Origin: Promethearchaeota archaeon | GTDB lineage: Archaea > Asgardarchaeota > Lokiarchaeia > Sigyniarchaeales > SOKP01 | Assembly: GCA_048941015.1 (NCBI GenBank) | Contig: JBHLNZ010000094.1 | Span: 1-11,019, forward strand | DNA: 11,019 nt | Direction: 5' to 3' | In this document: piece after piece, positions 1 to 7,380 of the stretch | Position numbering within the stretch: the stretch's first letter is position 1 | How the letters are laid out: each line of letters begins with the position of its first letter | Notes under the pieces: generated by a model | Seen by the model: the letters and a program-made list of their open reading frames with translations, nothing else | The model's database searches: none | What the model was told of the DNA's origin: nothing | Position numbers and translations under genes: made by a program

Positions 1-656
1 TAAGAATTTATGATCAACAAGAAACATTTAGACATTTTGGAAATGTAGAAAAAGCAAAGGATAAATTAATGGTTGTATTTGTATGTGAAGGAAAAGCTAA
101 GCTAGTCGATCTTGAAAAAATGGTAACAATTGAGAAATGTGAAAAAAACTCGGGTATTAATTGTGGCGAAAGTCCCGTAGAACATTGGTTTGAGACAAGA
201 TTCAGAGTAACTGAAACATCATCAATGCCACCATATAAGATTGTATTTGATACTATTGAAGTTGCTTCTTTATGGGAGAATGCATCAAAAATTTATCATG
301 CTGTTATTAATTCTATGAATAGTGTAAAAGGTAACCTCTTAATTACAGCTCATGTTTCACATTTTTATCCAAACGGCGTAGGAATTTATTTCAGTTTTGG
401 CGGAGTTCCACTAAAAGGAACTTCAGAGTTAGAATTTTATCAAAAATGTTGGAATACAATTATTAAAGCAGTTTTAGATTCTGGTGGTTCAATTGCTCAC
501 CATCATGGGATAGGTATTAATAGATCTCATTGGATGGAAAATGAATGGGGGAACGCTATGAAAGTCATGAAAGATTTTAAAAAAATGCTTGATCCAAACA
601 ATATTTTAAATCCTGGTAAAATTTATGAGCCAATATGGAGAGGTGGTGAAAGCTAA
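1..656 (+). CDS. FAD-binding oxidoreductase, VAO/PCMH superfamily, alkyl-dihydroxyacetonephosphate synthase (AGPS)/YgcU-like; C-terminal part only (5'-truncated)
   Basis: The frame is open from position 3 (RIYDQQETFRHFGNVEKAKDKL-MVV...), so ATG 69 is internal. Motifs are DTIEVA, AHVSHFYPNGVGIYF (Tyr codon 387-389), GGSIAHHHGIG (HHH at 498-506) and K..LDPNNILNPGK. These are typical of the FAD-oxidase C-terminal domain, and HHHG is typical of the AGPS-like branch. Confidence 0.85.
   Translation, partial: RIYDQQETFRHFGNVEKAKDKLMVVFVCEGKAKLVDLEKMVTIEKCEKNSGINCGESPVEHWFETRFRVTETSSMPPYKIVFDTIEVASLWENASKIYHAVINSMNSVKGNLLITAHVSHFYPNGVGIYFSFGGVPLKGTSELEFYQKCWNTIIKAVLDSGGSIAHHHGIGINRSHWMENEWGNAMKVMKDFKKMLDPNNILNPGKIYEPIWRGGES
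639..649 (+). promoter_or_regulatory. Shine-Dalgarno-like site (AGAGGTGGTGA) for the ORF at 657
   Basis: GGTGA ends 7 nt upstream of ATG 657. Stop TAA (654-656) directly abuts the ATG, suggesting translational coupling. Confidence 0.6.
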
Positions 657-1931
657 ATGGGTATCGAAGAGACTTTGAAAAAGTATAGCTGGATGGTACC
701 ACTACTCCAAGAAGCAGACAGAGAAACAAGATCAATATTAATGAAAAATTTTAGGCAAAAACATAAGAATTTTTACCCAGAAGAAGAAGTTAAAGCTGAT
801 GTCGATAATCTGATTAAATGTATGCTTTGTCCAAACATGTGTAGATTTGACTGTGGAACCCTACAAGCTTCACAAAAAGAAACTATGAGCCCCGCATATA
901 AGGCAAGAATAGGATATTATCTCACTATTGGAAAAATTGATCCTACAAGAGGAGAGAATAAAGAGTTTATTGATCTTATGTATAAATGTTCTAATGAAGA
1001 GAATTGTAAAATCTGGTGTCCTTTTGAATTCTCAGTCGTTTCATTACTTGAAACAGTAAGAGATGATTTGAATGATAAAGGATTAATGCCAGATTATTGT
1101 AAAGAACAAATTAGAAAACTAGAGAAATCGAATACTATAGAAGATTATAATATTTATGAAACTTATAAAGAGAAAGGAATTGAAAATATTGAAACTGATG
1201 GTAATGACGAAGTTTATTATTATATTGGATGCGAATCGATGAAATTTCCGAATGTAGTAAAAGCTAATATTGAAATTTTAAAAAAAGCTGGTGTTAAGTT
1301 CTCAACTAATTTAGACCAAAAAATTTGTTGTGGTGGACCTGCTTTCAATATAAGAGATATCAATACTGGGAGAAAGTTCGCTGAAAAAAATAAAGAATTG
1401 ATTAAAAAAACTGGTGCAAAAGTAGTTGTTTCTGATTGTCCTGGTTGTGTTTTAACATTAACGAATAGATATGAAAAGGCAGGAATTAAAATAGAAACTA
1501 AAGTCATACATATCGTTGAATATATAAAAGATCTTATTGAAAATGGAAAAATAAAGCCAGAAAAACAAATTCCTGAAGATTTTAAAATTATTACTATCCA
1601 CGATCCATGTTTAATTGCCAGAAATTTAAATGATACAATATCAATTAGAACGATTCTAAATAAAATACCAGGATTAGTAATTAATGAACCTATTTATAAT
1701 AAAGAAGATGTTCATTGTTGTGGTTGGAGCGGAACAGCTCATTGGGCAGATAGAAATTTAGCTATTAAGGAGGCAATAAACAGGGTTTCAGAATTAAAAG
1801 AAACTAAGGCATCGATTTTTGTTTCAGCATGCCCTCTTTGTGAATTAGGATTAGCATACGGATTAGATGAAAAAGAAAAAGAATATTATAAAATACTAGA
1901 TATATCTGAATTATTAATTAAAAGTCTTTAG
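657..1931 (+). CDS. Fe-S oxidoreductase subunit of the GlpC/GlcF/HdrD family (N-terminal ferredoxin-like motifs plus two CCG domains)
   Basis: Ferredoxin-like motifs CMLCPNMCRFDC (from 819) and CSNEENCKIWCP (from 987). CCG domain 1: YIGC...CCGGP...DCPGC. CCG domain 2: HDPC...CCGWSG...ACPLC. Confidence 0.88.
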   Translation: MGIEETLKKYSWMVPLLQEADRETRSILMKNFRQKHKNFYPEEEVKADVDNLIKCMLCPNMCRFDCGTLQASQKETMSPAYKARIGYYLTIGKIDPTRGENKEFIDLMYKCSNEENCKIWCPFEFSVVSLLETVRDDLNDKGLMPDYCKEQIRKLEKSNTIEDYNIYETYKEKGIENIETDGNDEVYYYIGCESMKFPNVVKANIEILKKAGVKFSTNLDQKICCGGPAFNIRDINTGRKFAEKNKELIKKTGAKVVVSDCPGCVLTLTNRYEKAGIKIETKVIHIVEYIKDLIENGKIKPEKQIPEDFKIITIHDPCLIARNLNDTISIRTILNKIPGLVINEPIYNKEDVHCCGWSGTAHWADRNLAIKEAINRVSELKETKASIFVSACPLCELGLAYGLDEKEKEYYKILDISELLIKSL

Positions 1932-1942
1932 AAAGTGATTTT

Positions 1943-3406
1943 ATGAGTGATCTGATATGTATATTTGATGTTGGAACAACTGGAGCAAGGACTGTAATCT
2001 TTGATATGAATGGGAGAGAAATAATAAAAGCTTATGAGGAGTATCAAATACCTAGACAACCAGTGGGGGTTTCAGAGCAAGATCCTCAGATTTGGTGGGC
2101 AGCGATAAGAAATACCTGTAATAAAGTAGTAAAAAGTGGAAAATTCAAGCCAGAAGAGATAATTGGAATCTCAGCAGCATTTGCTAGGGGAACAGTGACA
2201 TTATTAGACAATAACAATGAAATTTTGCATCCTGCACTCACTTGGATGGATGAGCGTGAATTAACTGATGCTAAGGGATTTAAAGAGGAATTAATTTGGA
2301 GAAATTCAATTCCTAAATTGCTCTGGTTAAAATCTAATAAACCTGAATTGTTTAATAAAGCTTCTAAAATTGTCTGGCCCGATTCTTTTTTATATTTAAA
2401 ATTATGTGATAAATTTGTTAGCGATCCCACTAATGGGATGAATGGTATTCTCCATCTTCAAACTTGGCGATGGGATGAAAGTCTTGCGGAAGCTTATGAA
2501 TTACCTGTATCTCTATGGCCTGAGTTACATATGCCTGGTGAAATTATTGGTGAGTTATCGTCTACTGCTGCGTCAATGCTTGGGTTAAAATCAAATACAC
2601 CAATAATTCTGGGTGGTGGCGATCAACAATGTGCCGCATTAGGAATGGGCGTAATTGAGAAAGGGCAATCTAAAGTAACCACCGGAACCGGTACAATGGT
2701 GGATTACGTAATAGATGAACCTAAACGGGTACATGGAGATGTCCCTATTTTCACATTTCCTCATTTAATTAAAGGAAAATGGGTGCTAGAAGGGGTTATG
2801 CCTGGCACGGGAACAATGTTTCAAACCTATGCGAAAAATTTCTCTCAATTGTTAATGAAAGAATGTGAAGAAAAAAATCTAAACGTATATGATATGCTAA
2901 CAAAAGAGGCTGAGACAGCTCCTCCTGGCAGTAATGGGTTGTTATTTATTCCTCTATATATATTTCGTAAAGGTACTATTCATGGATTAGGATGGCACCA
3001 TAATAGAGCTCACTTTGCCCGTGCGATAATGGAAAGTGCAGCCTTATCTGCACAAATGTACTTAAATCTGATTGAAGGATTTGGAGGAATTAAAAGTGAA
3101 ATCCTTAAATCAGATGGTGGAGCAATGAATAGTAGCTTTTGGGCACAAATATTTGCAGATGTAATTAATAAAAAGATACTTATTCCAGAAAATAAAGATG
3201 GAGCAGCAGTAGGAGCATGCATTTTAGGATTTTATGGCTGTGGAAAATATAGTACTATTTCAGATGCTATTAGTAAAATAGTTAGATTTAGTGATGAGAA
3301 AGTACCAAATAAAAATAATGCAAAAATATATAAGAAACTTAGTCGTATTTTTTTCTCTACAGTTCTAGAAACTAATGAAAAAAAGCGTGTAACAAAGGAT
3401 TTATAA
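1943..3406 (+). CDS. FGGY-family carbohydrate/polyol kinase (substrate unknown)
   Basis: Motifs DVGTTGAR, EQDPQIWW, WMDER, PKLLWLK, GGGDQQCAALG, TTGTG, PPGSNGLLFIP, RAIME, DGGAMNSSFWAQIFADV. Starts 11 nt after the upstream stop. Confidence 0.9.
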   Translation: MSDLICIFDVGTTGARTVIFDMNGREIIKAYEEYQIPRQPVGVSEQDPQIWWAAIRNTCNKVVKSGKFKPEEIIGISAAFARGTVTLLDNNNEILHPALTWMDERELTDAKGFKEELIWRNSIPKLLWLKSNKPELFNKASKIVWPDSFLYLKLCDKFVSDPTNGMNGILHLQTWRWDESLAEAYELPVSLWPELHMPGEIIGELSSTAASMLGLKSNTPIILGGGDQQCAALGMGVIEKGQSKVTTGTGTMVDYVIDEPKRVHGDVPIFTFPHLIKGKWVLEGVMPGTGTMFQTYAKNFSQLLMKECEEKNLNVYDMLTKEAETAPPGSNGLLFIPLYIFRKGTIHGLGWHHNRAHFARAIMESAALSAQMYLNLIEGFGGIKSEILKSDGGAMNSSFWAQIFADVINKKILIPENKDGAAVGACILGFYGCGKYSTISDAISKIVRFSDEKVPNKNNAKIYKKLSRIFFSTVLETNEKKRVTKDL

Positions 3407-3420
3407 TATAGATTTAATAA

Positions 3421-3442
3421 ATTTTCATCATTTTTTTATTCT
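3421..3442 (+). terminator. Possible archaeal oligo-T terminator after the three-gene module
   Basis: ATTTTCATCATTTTTTTATTCT lies shortly downstream of the kinase stop. The signal is weak against an AT-rich background. Confidence 0.3.
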
Positions 3443-3691
3443 CTACAATTTTAATTTAGTTATATTAGATTTTTTGCCTTTATTATGATATATAATTTAC
3501 AAAAAGGTATAACTTATTCAAATTGAACAATTAAAAATGAAAAAAATTCAATGATTTCTACTTTTCCGATTATTAAAAGTGGAAAATTTACGTTAGACAT
3601 TCAATAATTTTAAAGATTTTTTATTTTAGAAAAGTATTTTTTGTATACTTTATTTCAAAAATTATCAGTAAAATTTTATATGAATTCTTAC

Positions 3692-4528
3692 ATGCCTTTT
3701 TACAAGAATAAAGAGGGTTATAACCTCTATTATGAGGATATCAACGGAGAGCTTAAAGAACAAACAGAAGGAACCATTATCTTATTGCATGGTTTTGCTT
3801 CCTCAGCTTCTTTTTTTAAAGGGCAGATTCAAATATTAAAAGAAAATTATAGAATTATAGCTTTTGATGCATTAGGGCATGGAAGAAGTGAACATCCAAA
3901 ACAATTAAACTTATCAAAAAATTTAAGGCATGATATTATTAGAGATCTTGAAGATCTACTTAATTTTTTAAATGTTAATGAGCAATTTGGAATAATTGGT
4001 CATTCTTTAGTCGGAGGAATGATAGCTCAACTAATTTGCATGAAGCATCCAGAAAAAATTAAGTTTTTAGTGTTATTAAATTCTGGCTATATAATGATTG
4101 ATAACGTTATCAGAAACATTTTCTATAATTTACTTCCTTACTTCATTCGCATGAACTTTTTGGATGTTGTAGCAAATTCTGTTGAAAATATTTTGGATAA
4201 GATTATTCCTTATATATTGACTTCTTTAGCCGATTCAATCAATGGAATGAAATTGACTCGAGATGAATTATATATGCTTATTGAGGATCAAATTTTTAGT
4301 ATGATAAATGAAATAAATGAATATGATCCTTCTGGTATTAAATGTCCTACTTTAATTATCGGGGGAAGGCTAGATAATTTCGCACCTGAACAAATGTCTG
4401 AAGAATTGCACAAAAAAATTCCAAACTCTAAATTAAAAATCATCGATATGGCTGGACATTTCGCACCTGCTCAGCGAAAGAATATAATTAATGAGTTAAT
4501 ATGTGATTTTATTAGAAATCTTAAGTGA
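3692..4528 (+). CDS. Alpha/beta-fold hydrolase (Abhydrolase_1; lactonase/esterase/lipase-like)
   Basis: LLHGF oxyanion motif, FDALGHGRS, GHSLVGG elbow, PTLIIGGRLD (acid) and AGH (His). ATG 3692 (MPFYKNKEGYNLYYED, a typical N-terminus for this family) is preferred over the TTG at 3641. Confidence 0.85.
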   Translation: MPFYKNKEGYNLYYEDINGELKEQTEGTIILLHGFASSASFFKGQIQILKENYRIIAFDALGHGRSEHPKQLNLSKNLRHDIIRDLEDLLNFLNVNEQFGIIGHSLVGGMIAQLICMKHPEKIKFLVLLNSGYIMIDNVIRNIFYNLLPYFIRMNFLDVVANSVENILDKIIPYILTSLADSINGMKLTRDELYMLIEDQIFSMINEINEYDPSGIKCPTLIIGGRLDNFAPEQMSEELHKKIPNSKLKIIDMAGHFAPAQRKNIINELICDFIRNLK

Positions 4529-4569
4529 ATAATATATAGATACTCTAAATCAAATATTTTAATCTTTAT

Positions 4570-4941
4570 ATGACTTCAAATAATATGAATGATAATATAG
4601 CGACTATTTCTTTTTTTAAAGAAGAAATAGCTAAATTTGTTGAAGAACGTAATTGGAAAAAATATCACACACCTAAGAATTTAATACAAGCACTCGGGAT
4701 TGAGGTAGCGGAACTATCTGAAATCTTTCTTTTTAGAAATTATGAAATCTCAGAAATCTATGAAAATAAAAAGCTTTTAGAAAGTATGTCAGATGAGATT
4801 GCTGATATATTCATTTATTTAATAAGTTTAATTAATTGTTTAAAAATTGATTTATATGATACTTTTACTAAAAAAATGTTAAAAAATGAGAAAAAGTATT
4901 CTGTTCATGAATTCAATGATGGCACTTTTTATAAAAAATGA
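4570..4941 (+). CDS. MazG-like all-alpha nucleotide pyrophosphohydrolase (dCTP pyrophosphatase/RS21-C6 type)
   Basis: FVEERNWKKYHTPKNL...EVAELSEIF...DEIADIFIYL...KMLKNEKKY. The start could alternatively be ATG 4585. Confidence 0.88.
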   Translation: MTSNNMNDNIATISFFKEEIAKFVEERNWKKYHTPKNLIQALGIEVAELSEIFLFRNYEISEIYENKKLLESMSDEIADIFIYLISLINCLKIDLYDTFTKKMLKNEKKYSVHEFNDGTFYKK

Positions 4942-5033
4942 AAATTTGAGCTCGTTTTCATATTTCTCTGTTAATAATTACTATATAAAATATATTAATA
5001 GCTTTTTTATGATATTTTTCCTTTTTAGTTATC

Positions 5034-6014
5034 ATGAAAGCAGACAATATTGATGAAATTATAAAACAACAATTAGATAAAACGTTAGATGAAACTAACT
5101 TTCCTTCACTAGGAAAGCTTTATAAAGGAAAAGTCCGCGATAACTATATAAAAGAAAATATCAGAATAATTATAGCAACAGATCGTTTATCTGCTTTTGA
5201 TAGAGTAATAACTACTATACCTTTTAAAGGACAGATGCTAAATCAAGTTTCTGCTTTTTGGTTTGAAAAAACAAAAAATCTCGTTAAAAATCATATAATT
5301 GACATTCCAGATCCCAATATTGCTGTTGTACATCAATGTGAGATGATCCCTATTGAAATAATAGTAAGAGGATATTTAACTGGTACAGCATGGCGAAATT
5401 ATATAAAAGGAGAGTCAACTTCAGGTATAATTCTTGCTAAGGGATTAAGAAAAAATGAAAAGTTGGATAATCTTTTAATCACACCTTCTACTAAAGCTGA
5501 ATCCGGTCATGATATCTACATTTCAAAAGAAAGAATAATAAATGATAAAATGGTTGAAAAGGAAATTTATGAACAGATGGAAATTACTGCTTTAAAACTT
5601 TTTAACTTTGGACAGGAATATTGTAAAAAAAATGGCCTTATTATGGTGGACACTAAGTATGAATTCGGCATCAAGGATGGTGAGTTATTAGTAACTGATG
5701 AAATACATACTCAAGATTCTTCAAGATTTTGGATTCTTAACACATATCAAGAGAAATTTGAAAGTGGGCAAGAACCTGAGATTTTAGATAAAGAAATATT
5801 TAGAGGCTGGTTAATGGAAACATATCCAGAAATTTTTCCAAATATAAAACCAGAACAAAAAATTCCTCCCATCTCAATAGATATTAAAATAGAGTTAGCC
5901 AAGCGATATATGAAAAGCTATGAGAAAATAACAGGTTTAAAATTTAAAGCAGAAGTTTCAGATGTTAAAAATCGAATCTATGAAAATTTAAAGAAAAATA
6001 ATTATTTGAATTGA
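5034..6014 (+). CDS. purC: SAICAR synthetase, long form
   Basis: YKGKVRDNY, ATDRLSAFD, IPFKG, PIEIIVRGYLTG, TPSTKAESGHD, DTKYEFG, DEIHTQDSSRFW, LDKE. Confidence 0.96.
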   Translation: MKADNIDEIIKQQLDKTLDETNFPSLGKLYKGKVRDNYIKENIRIIIATDRLSAFDRVITTIPFKGQMLNQVSAFWFEKTKNLVKNHIIDIPDPNIAVVHQCEMIPIEIIVRGYLTGTAWRNYIKGESTSGIILAKGLRKNEKLDNLLITPSTKAESGHDIYISKERIINDKMVEKEIYEQMEITALKLFNFGQEYCKKNGLIMVDTKYEFGIKDGELLVTDEIHTQDSSRFWILNTYQEKFESGQEPEILDKEIFRGWLMETYPEIFPNIKPEQKIPPISIDIKIELAKRYMKSYEKITGLKFKAEVSDVKNRIYENLKKNNYLN

Positions 6015-6020
6015 GAATGG

Positions 6021-6035
6021 GAAAAGATTTATATA
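6021..6035 (+). promoter_or_regulatory. Archaeal-type promoter: purine-rich BRE (GAAAAGA) plus TATA box (TTTATATA)
   Basis: GAAAAGA-TTTATATA at 6021-6035, with 22 nt between the box and ATG 6058. This spacing fits a leaderless transcript. Confidence 0.55.
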
Positions 6036-6057
6036 ATCAATAGTAAATATTTTTATA

Positions 6058-6261
6058 ATGTTTAATATAATTTTGCTAATTGGTTCATTTGTTTTATTTT
6101 TAACAAGTGCTTACTTATTATTATTGGATTTAGGATCAAAAAATAGAGAGGAAAATATAGAAATAAAACGAAATTTACCAAAATTGGGAAGTTATAGTTT
6201 CTTATTAAATCTGATAGCTTTATTACTTTTAGTTTTTGTCAGCTTTGGCTATGATTTATAA
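6058..6261 (+). CDS. Small hypothetical membrane protein, 67 aa, two predicted TM helices
   Basis: Hydrophobic segments IILLIGSFVLFLTSAYLLLL and YSFLLNLIALLLLVFVSFGY flank a charged loop (SKNREENIEIKRNLPK). A promoter-like element lies directly upstream. Confidence 0.6.
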   Translation: MFNIILLIGSFVLFLTSAYLLLLDLGSKNREENIEIKRNLPKLGSYSFLLNLIALLLLVFVSFGYDL

Positions 6262-6394
6262 ATTAAATTTACCATAACCGTTTTGAAAATTCAATATTTA
6301 AAAATATTTCGAATTTTGTCTTATTTTGTCGGTGGAAATTATTTATTAATTAATAAGAACTATTAATATTATTATAAACTTTTTCTTTAAATAA

Positions 6395-6667
6395 ATGGAG
6401 CAGATAGAATATATAATAGAAGTAGTATTAGAAAATAAAAAAGCTGCTCGGGATCCAGTAGGAGAAACTATTAGAAGAGATCTTCTCGCAAAAAAAGGGT
6501 ATGATATGGTTCTAAACGTTAGAAGTGGGCAATATTTAAGATTTTATTTGAATGCAGCTAACGAAGAAGAAGCAAGCGATATTATAGAAGATTTACTAAA
6601 TAAATTAAGAATATATAATCCTGTTACTCAAAATTTTAAAATATTAAATATTTCACAAGAGAGCTAA
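6395..6667 (+). CDS. purS: FGAM synthase subunit PurS
   Basis: 90 aa with K..ARDPVGETI, VRSG and YNPV motifs; lies immediately upstream of purQ. Confidence 0.92.
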   Translation: MEQIEYIIEVVLENKKAARDPVGETIRRDLLAKKGYDMVLNVRSGQYLRFYLNAANEEEASDIIEDLLNKLRIYNPVTQNFKILNISQES

Positions 6668-6669
6668 AA

Positions 6670-7380
6670 ATGACCATCAAAATTGCAGTTATCCAATTTC
6701 CCGCAGCTAATTGCGATTTGGATGCAATACATGTATTAAATGAAGTAATAGGTGTTAAGGCTAATTTAGTCTGGCATAATCATTTTAAAGAAGCAAAATA
6801 TGATGGCGTAATACTCCCTGGAGGATTTTCATTCGGGGATTATTTACGTGCAGGCATTATAGCAGCTCATAGTCCTGCAATAGATGAAACAAAAATAATG
6901 TTAAAAGATGGAAGACCAATTATAGGAATATGTAATGGTTTTCAAATCCTAACGGAAGCGCAATTTCTTCCAGGTGCTTTACTTCAAAATGAATGTCTTA
7001 AATTTGTTTGTAAATGGGTAAATATTAAAGTAGAAAATAATCAAACAGCATTTACTAATAAAATGAAGATAGGGGATGTTCTTGACATTCCTGTTGCACA
7101 TGGAGAAGGAAGATATTTTACAGATAAGCTATCAGAATTGAAAGATAATAATCAAATTGTGTTTAGATACACCTCGAGGAATGGTGAGTATGGAGATAAT
7201 GTAAATCCTAATGGATCAATGGATAATATCGCTGGAGTTTGCAATTTAGAACAGAATTGTATAGGCCTTATGCCCCATCCTGAAAGAGCTTCTGAACCAA
7301 TTTTAAGTCCTTTTAAAACTTCTCATGGCAAATTATTTTTTGAGTCAATGATAGAATTTATAAAACGGAGACTGTCATAA
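6670..7380 (+). CDS. purQ: FGAM synthase glutaminase subunit PurQ
   Basis: FPAANCD, PGGFSFGDYLRAG, GICNGFQIL (catalytic Cys), PVAHGEG, NPNGS, GLMPHPER (His-Glu). Confidence 0.97.
   Translation: MTIKIAVIQFPAANCDLDAIHVLNEVIGVKANLVWHNHFKEAKYDGVILPGGFSFGDYLRAGIIAAHSPAIDETKIMLKDGRPIIGICNGFQILTEAQFLPGALLQNECLKFVCKWVNIKVENNQTAFTNKMKIGDVLDIPVAHGEGRYFTDKLSELKDNNQIVFRYTSRNGEYGDNVNPNGSMDNIAGVCNLEQNCIGLMPHPERASEPILSPFKTSHGKLFFESMIEFIKRRLS

Noticed and set aside
69-71. ATG 69 as the start of the first gene
   Set aside because: The frame is open to the window edge and the N-terminal FAD-binding domain is absent, so the true start lies upstream.
1220-1507. Minus-strand 95-aa ORF
   Set aside because: Lies fully antisense to the well-supported Fe-S protein gene and has no recognisable motifs; a shadow ORF.
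2086-2430. Minus-strand 114-aa ORF
   Set aside because: Antisense shadow inside the FGGY kinase.
3010-3222. Minus-strand 70-aa ORF
   Set aside because: Antisense shadow inside the FGGY kinase.
2132-3588. AAAAGTGGAAAATT occurring in the kinase CDS and in the intergenic region
   Set aside because: Low-complexity A-rich match with no mobile-element context; likely chance.
3641-3691. TTG-initiated N-terminal extension of the hydrolase
   Set aside because: Intergenic-like composition and no RBS; the family-typical N-terminus begins at ATG 3692.
4377-4469. 12-bp direct repeat ATTTCGCACCTG (4377-4388 and 4458-4469)
   Set aside because: Only two copies, both in frame and encoding FAP within the hydrolase; not a CRISPR array or target-site duplication.
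6691-6717. PurQ N-terminal motif FPAANCD instead of FPGSNCD
   Set aside because: A minor variation; the Cys-His-Glu triad and PGGF oxyanion strand are intact.
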